DNA of 64,000 nt from a bacterium (lineage in GTDB: Bacteria; Bdellovibrionota_G; JALEGL01), in NCBI GenBank assembly GCA_022763185.1, contig JALEGL010000012.1, forward strand, positions 65,546-129,545, read 5' to 3'. The translations under genes and the position numbers were made by a program. The notes under the pieces are model-generated. The model searched no databases. It was not told where the DNA came from and was given only the letters and a program-made list of their open reading frames with translations. Within the stretch, counting starts at the first letter, position 1, and each line of letters starts with the position of its first letter. Shown here one piece after another: positions 46,059-56,501 of the stretch.

Positions 46059-47651
46059 TCAGACACGGACCATAATTGAGTTAGATAGGTCACCACCAGC
46101 AGCAACAATATCAACCCCAAGTAAATCTGCCAATGAATTACGTAGCTGCGCAACAGTATTCCCTGAGCTCATAAAGTTTTGTGAAACCGGATCAAAACCG
46201 AGGTAGTTAAAGTTATTATCCATACTGGCCAAAGATCCATTTTTAAAAGCCGTAGGAGAAGCAACCACAATCATTTCTATACCTTTTTGATCAACATTGG
46301 CTGCGGTTCCGCCACCAAAGCTGTCTCCGGTATTGGCATTGGGGTCATCCGCTAAATCCGGACCTCTATTGCAATCATTGGTAATGGTGATCAGCATTCT
46401 ATCTAGGACTGAATTACCTGGAATGTCGGGGTCATCAATTGATTGAGCATAGGATAGGGTATCAAAAATAACTTGTGACATATAATCTGCAAACTGCTGA
46501 AAAAAACGACCATTGGCAACACCGCCGGCTCTAACCGCCGTTCCACGTGTGGTTTGGCCAAAGGCAACATTGCCTTGCGTACTGTCAACAAAAATATGGG
46601 GATCAAAGTTATCAATCTCAACATTGAGTCCCATAGAAGCTTTGTTGGCAGCCATATTGGCAGCTAAACGACCGGCAACAAAAGGATCAATATTTCTTTG
46701 CTCAAGACTGATGGTTCCAAAACTGGGTTTTGTAATGCCATTGCTGAGTGTTTGTGCAGCAGCAAGATTCTCTTCAAGAAGAGCACGTTTGTTAAGCCTT
46801 AGTAGGGTTTCAATATTGCTCATAATGTCATTGAAGCTGCTGTGATGCTTGTCTTCAATAAGTTTGAGCACTGAGTTTTTAAACCCTAAATTGATTGCAC
46901 TCAAAGCATTGACAAAAGGTTCATTTAAAACGGTTCCGGCATTGGTGGCAATATTAAGTTGCTCAAACTGCCTTAATAAAAGCTCAAGTGTCCTTACTTT
47001 TGATGTAAAACCAGAAGAATAAGGGCCAGCACCGTTAAGTTCCCAAACATCAGAAAAATCAAAAATACTGTTGATATCGGCAATGATATCATTGCGTTGA
47101 TTGATAAAAGCTACTGGAAAAGTTGCTGAGGTATTGCTTTGACCGGTTTGCATAATAGAAATAGTCGAGCCAGAAAATGCATGACTGGTGTTTCTATCTC
47201 CAACCATATAGGACATATAGTCAGAAAATGAATTGGCAACGCTGTTCATTTCCGGCGAGAAGACACCCGGGGCATTAATCAAACTGCCTGGGCTTACAAT
47301 AGCGTTGTTTGCGGCAAAGTGTGTATCTCGGTTAAGGTCATTGCTGCCATAGGTAGAAGCATCAGAATTAAAGGTCATCAAAGCATCGAGCTTGCCGGCG
47401 ATGGTTACGGATATATTGTACCAAAACATGACAGGTGTAGATGCCCCTGTTTGTGCAAAAGCTAGAGAGCTCCCAAAAAGTTTTTTAGAAAAGTCTTCCA
47501 TGACTTCATAGCGGACTAAGCCTGGTAAACCTAGCGTTCCCAGAAACATGCCAACAGATTGAATAAACTTTCTTCTGCTGATGTCGTTCATTTTTTTAGG
47601 ATCGTTATGATTCATCCAATGTTTTATATTTTTTTTATTCTGTTTATTCAC
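46059..47651 (-). CDS. Tat-signal secreted protein (DUF1552/DUF1501-like; family assignment uncertain)
   Basis: Twin-arginine motif 'MNDISRRKFIQSVGMFLGTLGLPGL'. 530 aa. The true start is probably an internal ATG (MNHND or MNDIS). Confidence 0.55.
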   Translation of the reverse strand: MNKQNKKNIKHWMNHNDPKKMNDISRRKFIQSVGMFLGTLGLPGLVRYEVMEDFSKKLFGSSLAFAQTGASTPVMFWYNISVTIAGKLDALMTFNSDASTYGSNDLNRDTHFAANNAIVSPGSLINAPGVFSPEMNSVANSFSDYMSYMVGDRNTSHAFSGSTISIMQTGQSNTSATFPVAFINQRNDIIADINSIFDFSDVWELNGAGPYSSGFTSKVRTLELLLRQFEQLNIATNAGTVLNEPFVNALSAINLGFKNSVLKLIEDKHHSSFNDIMSNIETLLRLNKRALLEENLAAAQTLSNGITKPSFGTISLEQRNIDPFVAGRLAANMAANKASMGLNVEIDNFDPHIFVDSTQGNVAFGQTTRGTAVRAGGVANGRFFQQFADYMSQVIFDTLSYAQSIDDPDIPGNSVLDRMLITITNDCNRGPDLADDPNANTGDSFGGGTAANVDQKGIEMIVVASPTAFKNGSLASMDNNFNYLGFDPVSQNFMSSGNTVAQLRNSLADLLGVDIVAAGGDLSNSIMVRV

Positions 47652-47657
47652 TGTGTT

Positions 47658-48203
47658 TCACCTCTTCACCCAAACTGTTGCTTGTAAAGCAAGCGTTAAA
47701 CAAGCCATTTCTCTTCTTTGAACCGAGTTTAAAAGCCCTGGATCTGCAAGCATACTTGTGACACTGTCAAGTTGCTCTTGATTCATATCCAAGCCAGTTA
47801 AGGCTTGCCAAAATGCATTGGGTTGGCTTGGGTTAGATAATCCAATGGCAAGTAGGTCTGCTTCAGTGCAGGCTTCATCAAATACGGTTAGCAATGAACG
47901 AAATATACCTGAAGAAAACTGTGATGAACTTCTAAATTCAGACTCAAGGCCTTCTAAAAGACTTACCGTGTTTGAAGCGTCACTGAGATTAAATACACGT
48001 TTTATTTTAGCTTTTAGAGCATCATAAGAAATGATTTCTAGGTTGGTTTGGTCTGCCTCAAATGTTTGTGATGGTGGTAAAGAAGGGTCGTCCGCGGACA
48101 CTTTTTTTAGGGTGGGCTGCTGGAGACACGCTGTTAACATAAGTATGCAAACAAATAAGGCCTGTATGGAAAATGAAAAAAATATATTGTTTTGATTGCT
48201 CAT
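47658..48203 (-). CDS. Lipoprotein, translationally coupled to the upstream CxxCH lipoprotein
   Basis: Start ATG at 48203, within ATGA overlapping the upstream TGA stop. Lipobox 'ILMLTACLQQP'. 181 aa. Confidence 0.5.
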   Translation of the reverse strand: MSNQNNIFFSFSIQALFVCILMLTACLQQPTLKKVSADDPSLPPSQTFEADQTNLEIISYDALKAKIKRVFNLSDASNTVSLLEGLESEFRSSSQFSSGIFRSLLTVFDEACTEADLLAIGLSNPSQPNAFWQALTGLDMNQEQLDSVTSMLADPGLLNSVQRREMACLTLALQATVWVKR

Positions 48204-49468
48204 GGTTGGTCTCCAATAAAAGGTTCTATTGCTGGACCTATAAAACACCAGTCAAATTTTAAACAGTCGTTCAATGTATCTGTGATGGAACGATTATTTT
48301 CAACGTAAAGATCAGTGAATCGATCAAGGTACAATAGCTCAGAAGAAGTGTTGGCAAAATTATACTCCTCTACAAATCCTGACCCGGCCGTTTCTTTATT
48401 AATGGATAGAGCTAAAGCAGCAACACGTCTACTCCAACAAGAGTCTACGGTATCTCTGGCTTGGCTTAACATTTCATTGACAAAACTATGCAGCGTTAAG
48501 ACGGGGGGGCGACCTAAAAAAATATTATAGTATTGATTTCTTTGGTTTAAGGGAACCGTTTGGCCATTAACCAGGACAGGTTCAGTTTCAGAAAGCTTGC
48601 CCCAAGTATTCTCTGGATCCAGGTTGGGTTGGTAGCCATCAGCATTGTATTGACTAACCGCGCCTTGAAGCATTTCTAGATAAACATGGCAGCCTTGGCA
48701 TGTTGGTTGGGCATGAAAGGCTTGGTCAAGACGTTCTAAGGTCCAGTTATTAAAGTTCGGGATTTGATAGGGTGGTGGTTGACAGGTAAGATACTGCATA
48801 TAAGAACGAATAGCAGGCAAGCTGGTTCCTGAGTTTTGTAAAAACTGAACAAACTTTGGATCAGATAATATGCCGGTTTGTTCACCGTCGGGTGTAACCG
48901 TAAGTGAAGAAGAATCATAATCTGATTGATTGTAAGCAACGAGGCTATCAACATTATTTTGATCAACACTGCCTTGAATCAAAAACAGCTGATCTGTACT
49001 TAAATTGTTGTTCACCACATACATGGCAAGGTCAAGTCGCCGAGATTCAAAAAAATCAGGTTCATTTTGTGCAACCAATAAAAGCTTTCTAAAGTACTCA
49101 CGTATTTTTTGTTCGTAGCTAGGGTGAGTGAAAATTTGATCAACTAAGCTTTCATACAAGTCTCTGGCTGTTTCAGGGTTAGTTTGGTTGAGCAGTTGAC
49201 TGCTATCAATATTTAAATCAATCGCGGCAAAGCCATCTGTCATTCTTGAACTCGCAGTTTCTAACGCTTGATACAACTGTTGTGGCGTCCATTCTACTTC
49301 CCGGTTTTCATACAGCGAGTCTCCATCAGGGTTGTCTGGGCTTTGATCGATAACCAGAGCTTCACGTTTACAGGCAAAAAAAAATGTCATCAAAAACATT
49401 AAAGAGAAAAAAAGTAGTCTATCTAAGGTATTGATATTAAAGTATTTTGATTTTTTTTTAGCTTTCAT
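48200..49468 (-). CDS. Lipoprotein with a CxxCH motif (possible heme-c or PSCyt-like; partner of the Tat protein)
   Basis: Lipobox 'TFFFACKRE'. 'AQPTCQGCHVYLEMLQG'. 422 aa. Confidence 0.5.
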   Translation of the reverse strand: MKAKKKSKYFNINTLDRLLFFSLMFLMTFFFACKREALVIDQSPDNPDGDSLYENREVEWTPQQLYQALETASSRMTDGFAAIDLNIDSSQLLNQTNPETARDLYESLVDQIFTHPSYEQKIREYFRKLLLVAQNEPDFFESRRLDLAMYVVNNNLSTDQLFLIQGSVDQNNVDSLVAYNQSDYDSSSLTVTPDGEQTGILSDPKFVQFLQNSGTSLPAIRSYMQYLTCQPPPYQIPNFNNWTLERLDQAFHAQPTCQGCHVYLEMLQGAVSQYNADGYQPNLDPENTWGKLSETEPVLVNGQTVPLNQRNQYYNIFLGRPPVLTLHSFVNEMLSQARDTVDSCWSRRVAALALSINKETAGSGFVEEYNFANTSSELLYLDRFTDLYVENNRSITDTLNDCLKFDWCFIGPAIEPFIGDQP

Positions 49469-49546
49469 TGCTACTTAATATTGTAAGAAAAACAAGGCAA
49501 TAGAGCAAGGAATAAATATGTTTTATAAAGATGCTAAACAATTGTT

Positions 49547-50701
49547 TTAAAACCGTTTATTGTACATCAAGCCAATAAAATGAGTATCGGTTTTGCTGGT
49601 AATATTGGTAAAGCTTTGTTCAACTCTAGTTACCGTACCTGTAAAAGCACTTTCAATTCTATGAAAACTATAGCGTAAAGATAAGCTACCAAAATTAGAA
49701 TCATACATGACATCCAATTTGGGCATGTAACCCATAGACTGAGCATCAGCCTGGCCAGAAGTGCCTTCAGGATCTTCAGCATAATTTTGCATCAAGACGG
49801 CATTGATCGCCAAGTTTACTGTGATATCAGGTGTTGCTTTGTAAGCCAGAGTGGGGCCAACAACGATACCTGTTGCTGTGTAACTGTTGTAAAGGCCAAT
49901 AGGATCGTTATTAATATCAACTATATCATCACCCATGAAACTGAAATAACGATAACCAAGCATTAAACCAGCTGTGGTCTGTGGATTTATATCTTTTTCT
50001 ATTTGTAAACCTGGAACAAGGTGAAAGGCCATATTGTTTTGAGTTCTTTTGCTAAAAACACTGCCCGTGCCATCTTGTAAGTTGGTTTTAGATGAGTAAA
50101 AAGCAAAGTTTCCATCAAGCAAAAGTTTTACTCGCATGTCACTATTGGCACTTTCCCAAGCGCTGTAAGCAAGGTTTACTTGAGCACTGGGCCCTAAAAA
50201 AGCATAGGCAAAAGCTTGTGTGTCTGAACTTACGTCGTAAGCATAGTAAGAACCACCTAAACCGGCTTGCACCAACAACTTAGAGTCACTGGTGTTGGCT
50301 GAAGGACGTTTATAGTTTGAACGATTGGCCGTAGAAGAAGATGGCTTTTTTCTAGGAGGCGGTGAATACCTTGGAGGAGCTGGCCTGCGAGGTGGTGCAG
50401 AGTACCGTGGTTGTGAACTTCTTGGGCGTTGCTTGGAGAGACTACCTTTAGCAACCCAACCACTTTTAACTTGTCCATTGGATGATTTGTATGAAATTAA
50501 ATACCAGTTGCCTTGTGTTTTTCTGTAGGCAACTTTTGTCCCTTGTCGTAACGCTGCAATGTTACGTGCTTGACTATTGGCCGCACTTTTTACATAGACT
50601 TTAGCCTGCTTAATGTAGGCATATGTCGCTGCTTGAACAGGTAAAGATAAAATAAGAATAGATGAAAAGAAAAGAGTGAAAGCCGTAAGTTGTTTTTTCA
50701 T
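49547..50701 (-). CDS. Outer-membrane protein: SH3b-like domain, Pro-rich linker, beta-barrel (paralogous architecture to 44924..46036)
   Basis: Signal peptide 'LILSLPVQA'. SH3b-like 'KVYVKSAANSQARNIAALRQGTKVAYRKTQGNWYLISY...SGWVAKGSL'. 'PPRRPAPPRYSPPPRKKP'. C-terminal 'GLMYNKRF'. Confidence 0.55.
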   Translation of the reverse strand: MKKQLTAFTLFFSSILILSLPVQAATYAYIKQAKVYVKSAANSQARNIAALRQGTKVAYRKTQGNWYLISYKSSNGQVKSGWVAKGSLSKQRPRSSQPRYSAPPRRPAPPRYSPPPRKKPSSSTANRSNYKRPSANTSDSKLLVQAGLGGSYYAYDVSSDTQAFAYAFLGPSAQVNLAYSAWESANSDMRVKLLLDGNFAFYSSKTNLQDGTGSVFSKRTQNNMAFHLVPGLQIEKDINPQTTAGLMLGYRYFSFMGDDIVDINNDPIGLYNSYTATGIVVGPTLAYKATPDITVNLAINAVLMQNYAEDPEGTSGQADAQSMGYMPKLDVMYDSNFGSLSLRYSFHRIESAFTGTVTRVEQSFTNITSKTDTHFIGLMYNKRF

Positions 50702-50927
50702 AGTATCACTTAATTATAGCAAAGTTCTGCAGAGGCTAAAAACTTTAATTGATTTTGTAAAATTAACACTGTGCTTTAAATTAAGCAAAACAAATGCCAA
50801 ATAAATTAAAGCCTAAGTTATGATTTATACAATATTTAGGTGACTATAAATCCTATACTGTATATTTTTTGCGTAAAAAATTGTTCCATTTTATGATTAA
50901 GCAGAAGTCACTAATCCTACAACAATT

Positions 50928-52187
50928 GTGAAAAAAAATATTATGGCCAAGTTAAGCACACAACATCTATCAAAGTCTGAGGTTCGTCTTTTGTTTTTAA
51001 TAGCTCAGGGCTTTGCAGATAAACAAAAAATTAAACAGACCGGTCAAGAACTTAAACAAAGTCAGTTTAAAGCCATGATGGCAAAGTTGCATGTTTTGCA
51101 ACTCGATGCCATCCCAATTGTTGCTCGAGCTCAATATATTCCTGCATTTTCTCGCATAGGTCCATACCACAATCAATGGTTGGATGAGCTAGCCTATCAA
51201 AAAGATCAGTGGTTTGAATGTTGGGCGCATGAAGCTTCACTAGTACCGGTTGAATATGAACCACTATTTCGTTGGTCAAAAGAGCGCGTGAAAGAGGGCT
51301 ATACTTGGAAGTCATTGTACCGTTTTGCAACACAAGAAGAAAAGTACATTAAAGATGTATATGCGCAATTAAAAGAGAGAGGAAGACTAAGAGCCAAAGA
51401 TATATTAGATCAGCAAAAATTACCTAAGAGTACATGGGGTCATTATTCTTATGCAGCTAAAGCTTTAGATTGGTTATTTCGTACGGGACGTGCAGGTATA
51501 AGGCGAGTTGGGAACTTTGAAAAAGAGTTTGATTGTTTAGACAATATTGTTCCAAACAATATCTACCGGCAAAAAACACCGTCAGTTGAAAAAGCAATAA
51601 AGCAGTTGTTGCTTTTATCTGTACAAGCTTTAGCAGTAGGAACAGAGGACGAAATTGTTGACTATTTTAGATTGCCACCCAAGCTTGCTAAGCCTTACTT
51701 AAAAGAATTGTGTGAAGATAAAAAATTGCAACAATGGCAGGTAGAGTCCTGGAAAAAACCAGCCTATGCTTTACCAAAGTTAAATAATAATATTGACAAT
51801 TCTAGCGATCATATGACAGCTCTTCTGTCTCCTTTTGATCCAGTTGTTTGGCATAGATCAAGAACCGAAAGACTGTTTGATTTTTTCTATAGAATAGAAA
51901 TTTATGTTCCAAAAGAAAAAAGAAAGTGGGGCTATTATGTGCTTCCATTTTTAATGAACGGAGATTTAGTTGCTAGAGTTGATCTTAAGGCTGATAGAAC
52001 AACACATACTTTATGGGTGCCTGGAGCATTTATGGAAAATGAGGTTAAGAAAACAGATGTTGCGCTTGCTTTAGCGATTGAATTGAAACAAATGTTGTTG
52101 TGGTTAAACCTAAATACAATTACGGTTGGTGATAAAGGTGAATTGGCCCAGCCTTTAAAGCGAGCCGTTAAAAATCTTAAGCTATAG
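50928..52187 (+). CDS. Winged-helix DNA-binding protein, YcaQ/AlkZ-like (crosslink-repair glycosylase family)
   Basis: About 419 aa, the size of YcaQ. 'FECWAHEAS' block. Assignment from memory of family features, not from an alignment. Confidence 0.45.
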   Translation: MKKNIMAKLSTQHLSKSEVRLLFLIAQGFADKQKIKQTGQELKQSQFKAMMAKLHVLQLDAIPIVARAQYIPAFSRIGPYHNQWLDELAYQKDQWFECWAHEASLVPVEYEPLFRWSKERVKEGYTWKSLYRFATQEEKYIKDVYAQLKERGRLRAKDILDQQKLPKSTWGHYSYAAKALDWLFRTGRAGIRRVGNFEKEFDCLDNIVPNNIYRQKTPSVEKAIKQLLLLSVQALAVGTEDEIVDYFRLPPKLAKPYLKELCEDKKLQQWQVESWKKPAYALPKLNNNIDNSSDHMTALLSPFDPVVWHRSRTERLFDFFYRIEIYVPKEKRKWGYYVLPFLMNGDLVARVDLKADRTTHTLWVPGAFMENEVKKTDVALALAIELKQMLLWLNLNTITVGDKGELAQPLKRAVKNLKL

Positions 52188-52352
52188 GTTGACTAACGTG
52201 ACAAATTAATGGGGCTGATTTGTGTTAATTTGTTGGAAGAAAAAAGGTTTCTACGCGCTAAGGGCTTTGTTTGGCCATGGGAAACAACAAAAACTGGGTA
52301 AAACAATTCTTTTTTTAGTTATCATTTTGTAAACTTAGCGGCATATAAAAAG

Positions 52353-55300
52353 TTAAACTGAAAAATATTTTGCCTGTGGATGGTGGAAGACGATGGCACT
52401 TACGCTGGCTTCTGGATCCATCATGCAATCTTCAGTCAGCTCAATATTGATGCGTTCCGGTTTTAGCAGCTTGAATAATTTTTTTTGATCATCCAGGTCA
52501 GGGCAGGCCGGGTAACCAAAAGAGTAACGTTTACCTTGATACTTGGCTTGAAAAAGTTCTTTTAAGCTAAAGCTGTTTTTTTCGATCCCCCAATTTTGTC
52601 GAATGGTTTGATGAACATACTCAGCCAGGGCTTCAGCCATTTCTAAATTGAGGGCAAACAAGATATGAGATTTTAAATAGTCTCCACTTTCTTTCCAAGC
52701 GATGGCTTGCTCGCGTGCTTGATTGCCTAAACTGCAAATAAACAGTGCGCAGGTATCATAAGGTTTTTCTGACTTTACATAATCTGAAAGGCAGAGACCA
52801 TCGCCTTTACTTTGCCTCGGAAAGGTAAAGCGCTCAATACACTTTTGCTCCTCGTCATAAAACTCTATACTGTTTTTATTTTTTAAACATTGGAAGTCAT
52901 GGATAATATACTGCGGTTTAAACAAACGCTGTTCTTTGGCATAGCTGTAGACTGATTCAACACTTTCTTTTAGTTCTATGGATTTAGCTTTAAGTTCTAC
53001 AGTGTTGTCCTTGGCTTTAAAGATAGAAAAGAGCTGATCTACTTGTGAGTTGGGTAAGCCTAAATGCCTTCCATACAACATTCTTGGATTGATGAAGTCT
53101 TTAATGCTATCCAAATCCTGTACGGTATGAACATCCTGTTTAAAATGTTGAGGATCGGGGATATATCCTGCATCTGAAAGAGACGCAGCTACAACGGTGT
53201 TATCAGCAGTGCTCGTGTTTTGAGTTAAGGTGCTCTCTGAAGAAAGCGGTTTAGATTTGTCTGGAAGCGTTTTTTCATTTAAGGCATCTTTGCATAAGGT
53301 CAAACCGGTCATAGCATCTTTAGCATAATACACATGGCCATCGTAATTGGGGGCTATTTTTTCAGTAGTGAACTTGTTGGACAATGCAGCGCCGCCCACC
53401 AAGAGAGGGGTGTTGATGTTTTCGCGCTGAAGATCAGAGGCCGTGATGGCCATCTGTTGCGCTGATTTAACCAGCAAACCAGATAAACCAATTATGGAGG
53501 GTTTGTGTTTTTTGTAAGCATCAATCAATTCTTGTGAGGTCACCTTAATGCCTAAATTGATGACCTTATATCCATTGTTGGATAAAATAATATCAACCAG
53601 GTTTTTACCGATATCATGAACATCTCCTTTAACCGTGGCCAACATGACGGTATCCTGACTGACAGCGTCTGTTTTATCCATAAACTGTTCAAGATGATCA
53701 ACCGCTGTTTTCATGACTTCTGCGCTTTGCAAGACTTCTGCTACAATCAGTTCATTGTTATTGAACAAACGTCCCACTTCGTTCATGCCAGTCATCAAAG
53801 GACCATTGATGATGTCCATGGCTTTTTGTTCTTTTAGTTTCAGATCAAGGCGTTCAATCAAGTGTTCTTTGCTGCCGTCAATAATAGCAAAAGCCAAGTG
53901 TTCATCTAAACTGCGCTTGGATTGATCTTGTCTTGTTGATGCCGTTTTCTTTTTTCTGTAAAAGTTTGCAAAAGCATCAATGAAATGTTGTTCGCCACTC
54001 CACAGCAAATCTTCGGCTAATTTTTTTTCTTTTTGATCAATACTGGCATAACGCTGTAACATCTGAGTGTTGACCAAAGCCAAATCCAAACCGGCTTTAC
54101 TACAATGGTATAAAAATACTGCATTGAGGACTTCTCTTCCCGCAGCAGGTAAGCCAAAAGAAATATTAGATATACCTAAAGCTGTTTTTGTATTGGGGAA
54201 GCGTTGTTTCAATTCCGTCAGAGCTTGAACCGTGGCTTTAGCTGAGGCTAAATAATTTTCATCTCCAGTGGCACAGGGAAATACCAAAGGGTCCCAATAA
54301 ATATCGTAAGGGCTAATCTTAAAGTCTTGCGTCAAAATTTTATAAGATTTTTCAGCGATCTCAACTTTTCTTTCAAGACTGATTCCCATACCTTGCTTGG
54401 GATCGTCATCAATAGTCCCAACTATTAAGGCTGCACCATATTTTTTAGCCAAAGGAACAATGTTTTCAAAGCGTTCTAAACCATCTTCTAGGTTAATAGA
54501 GTTGATCACGGCTTTGCCCTGACATTGCTTTAAAGCATACTCAATAACTTGGGCATCGGTTGAGTCAATCATCCAGGGCGCGCGCAGGGTTTTATTGACA
54601 TAAACCAAAAAGTTTTTCATGTCGTTCAGCTCATCTCGATCAGGGTTGGCTAAGCAAATATCAATGATATCAGCGCCAGATTTAACTTGTTGTCTGGGAA
54701 TTTCAGCAGCCTGCTCAAAGTTTTCTGACTCAATGAGTTTTTTAAACTTTCGACTGCCAATAATATTACTGCGTTCACCCACCAAAATGGGAAGCTTATC
54801 ATCAGTGATATCTAAAAAATTGATGCCCGATAGGTGGTGTATTGACTTGGTAATGTTGTGTCTGGGATTGGGATTGTGTTGATCCAATAAAACTCTTAGA
54901 GCTTTAATGTGCTGGTAGTTGGTACCACAACAGCCACCCATGACATTGATCCAAGCGTTATCCATAAAAAATTTAATTTTTTCTGCCAATTGCTGGGGAT
55001 CAAGTGTGTATTGGCCCTCTTCATTAGGCAAGCCTGCATTAGGGATACAGGCTATAGGTGTTTGGGATAAGTCATGAAGCGCGCGCAAATGATCGGTCAT
55101 GAAGTCGGGTCCAGTTGCACAGTTTAAACCAATATATAAAAGGGGGAGGTGAGCTACACTCGACCAAAAAGCTTCAATACTTTGCCCGGCCAATGTTGTT
55201 CCCATGGTTTCTATGGTGGCGCTGATGGCAATAGGCCGTTTAAGACTTGGGTCTTTTTCAAATAAATTCAAAGCTGCGCTTAAACCTGCTTTAAGATTGC

Positions 55301-55808
55301 GCATGTCTTGTACGGTCTCAAACAACAAATAATCAACACCGCCATCAATCAAAGCTTTTATTTGCTGGAAATACTGTTGTTGCAATTCATCAAATTCAAT
55401 GCCACCGGTGACCGACAAAGATTTTGTGCTGGGCCCTAAAGAACCGGCAACAAATCTAGGCTGTTCTGATGTAGAAAAACCTAAAGCGGCTTTTTTAGCA
55501 ATTTGAGCCGCGGTAAAATTAATATCATAGGCCTTTTTACCCAAAGAAAATTCATCTAAAACAAATTCTAAACCACCAAAAGTATTGGTTTCAATGATAT
55601 CTGCACCAGCATTGAGATAGTTTTTATGAATCTGAAGAATTTTCTCTGGAGCTGTTAAGCATAGGTTTTCATTGCACCCATAGTAATCTTCACCACCAAA
55701 ATCGGCAGCATTAAGGTTTAAGTCTTGAATGGCAGTTCCCATGGCTCCATCTAAAAGGAGAATATTTTGTGTAAGACGATGTTGTATTCTGCTCATGAGT
55801 GCCGGCAA
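52353..55808 (-). CDS. metH: Cobalamin-dependent methionine synthase
   Basis: Hcy-binding N-terminal domain ('LLLDGAMGT'). Pterin-binding domain. B12-binding 'GDVHDIGKN'. C-terminal AdoMet reactivation domain. 1151 aa. Confidence 0.95.
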   Translation of the reverse strand: MPALMSRIQHRLTQNILLLDGAMGTAIQDLNLNAADFGGEDYYGCNENLCLTAPEKILQIHKNYLNAGADIIETNTFGGLEFVLDEFSLGKKAYDINFTAAQIAKKAALGFSTSEQPRFVAGSLGPSTKSLSVTGGIEFDELQQQYFQQIKALIDGGVDYLLFETVQDMRNLKAGLSAALNLFEKDPSLKRPIAISATIETMGTTLAGQSIEAFWSSVAHLPLLYIGLNCATGPDFMTDHLRALHDLSQTPIACIPNAGLPNEEGQYTLDPQQLAEKIKFFMDNAWINVMGGCCGTNYQHIKALRVLLDQHNPNPRHNITKSIHHLSGINFLDITDDKLPILVGERSNIIGSRKFKKLIESENFEQAAEIPRQQVKSGADIIDICLANPDRDELNDMKNFLVYVNKTLRAPWMIDSTDAQVIEYALKQCQGKAVINSINLEDGLERFENIVPLAKKYGAALIVGTIDDDPKQGMGISLERKVEIAEKSYKILTQDFKISPYDIYWDPLVFPCATGDENYLASAKATVQALTELKQRFPNTKTALGISNISFGLPAAGREVLNAVFLYHCSKAGLDLALVNTQMLQRYASIDQKEKKLAEDLLWSGEQHFIDAFANFYRKKKTASTRQDQSKRSLDEHLAFAIIDGSKEHLIERLDLKLKEQKAMDIINGPLMTGMNEVGRLFNNNELIVAEVLQSAEVMKTAVDHLEQFMDKTDAVSQDTVMLATVKGDVHDIGKNLVDIILSNNGYKVINLGIKVTSQELIDAYKKHKPSIIGLSGLLVKSAQQMAITASDLQRENINTPLLVGGAALSNKFTTEKIAPNYDGHVYYAKDAMTGLTLCKDALNEKTLPDKSKPLSSESTLTQNTSTADNTVVAASLSDAGYIPDPQHFKQDVHTVQDLDSIKDFINPRMLYGRHLGLPNSQVDQLFSIFKAKDNTVELKAKSIELKESVESVYSYAKEQRLFKPQYIIHDFQCLKNKNSIEFYDEEQKCIERFTFPRQSKGDGLCLSDYVKSEKPYDTCALFICSLGNQAREQAIAWKESGDYLKSHILFALNLEMAEALAEYVHQTIRQNWGIEKNSFSLKELFQAKYQGKRYSFGYPACPDLDDQKKLFKLLKPERINIELTEDCMMDPEASVSAIVFHHPQAKYFSV

Positions 55809-55934
55809 CTATATCTGAGTTTTATCTTTTGATCTAATAAAATAACTTCAAAACAAAGGTCTCAGCCCTATTTATTTTGAACGTATACCCAAGACACATG
55901 GCTCTATTGGGTTTGGGTACACATCGTCAAAGAT

Positions 55935-56348
55935 TTAATTTTGTTTTTTAAGCAAGTCTCTAATTTCTTCAAGTAAAACTTCTTGCTTTGGGGGTGGGGT
56001 CGGCTTTGCTTCTTCTTCTTTCTTAAGTTTGTTCATTTGCCGAATCACTAAGAAAATTGAAAATGCAACGATGACAAAATTAACAACAGTGTTGGCAAAA
56101 GCACCGTAGGCAATAACAGGCGCCCCAGCTTCTTGTGCTGCAGCGAGTGTATCAAAGCTAGAACCATCTAGCGCAAAAAACATATCTGAAAAATCAACGC
56201 CACCCGTAAGTTGCCCAACAACAGGCATAATTAAATCATTAACAAACGATGTTACAATTTTACCAAAAGCTGCGCCAATAATAATACCTACAGCCATATC
56301 AACAACATTGCCCTTAACAGCGAAATCTTTAAATTCTTTTAACATCAT
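55935..56348 (-). CDS. mscL: Large-conductance mechanosensitive channel
   Basis: '[31 protein letters not shown]'. 137 aa. Confidence 0.92.
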   Translation of the reverse strand: MMLKEFKDFAVKGNVVDMAVGIIIGAAFGKIVTSFVNDLIMPVVGQLTGGVDFSDMFFALDGSSFDTLAAAQEAGAPVIAYGAFANTVVNFVIVAFSIFLVIRQMNKLKKEEEAKPTPPPKQEVLLEEIRDLLKKQN

Positions 56349-56501
56349 ACCTCCAAATGGAAATTAAACCCTGTTGCTCTTATATCCAAATTTTTATAAG
56401 TGTAAAAGTAAAGAGTTCGTTTTTTACCAGAAAGAAAAATTATTGTTTTTCTTGATCCTAAGAGTTGACGAGCTTTGATTTTGCAGCTTTGATACAGAGT
56501 T

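Noticed and set aside
46059-46153. 95-nt overlap between the Tat-protein gene end and the ATG-initiated SH3b/barrel ORF, considered as a possible frameshift or pseudogene
   Set aside because: An in-frame GTG at 46036 gives a textbook signal peptide (MKKTLLIVIFLNLSFSFSLWAA) and removes the overlap, so an alternative start codon is the simpler explanation.
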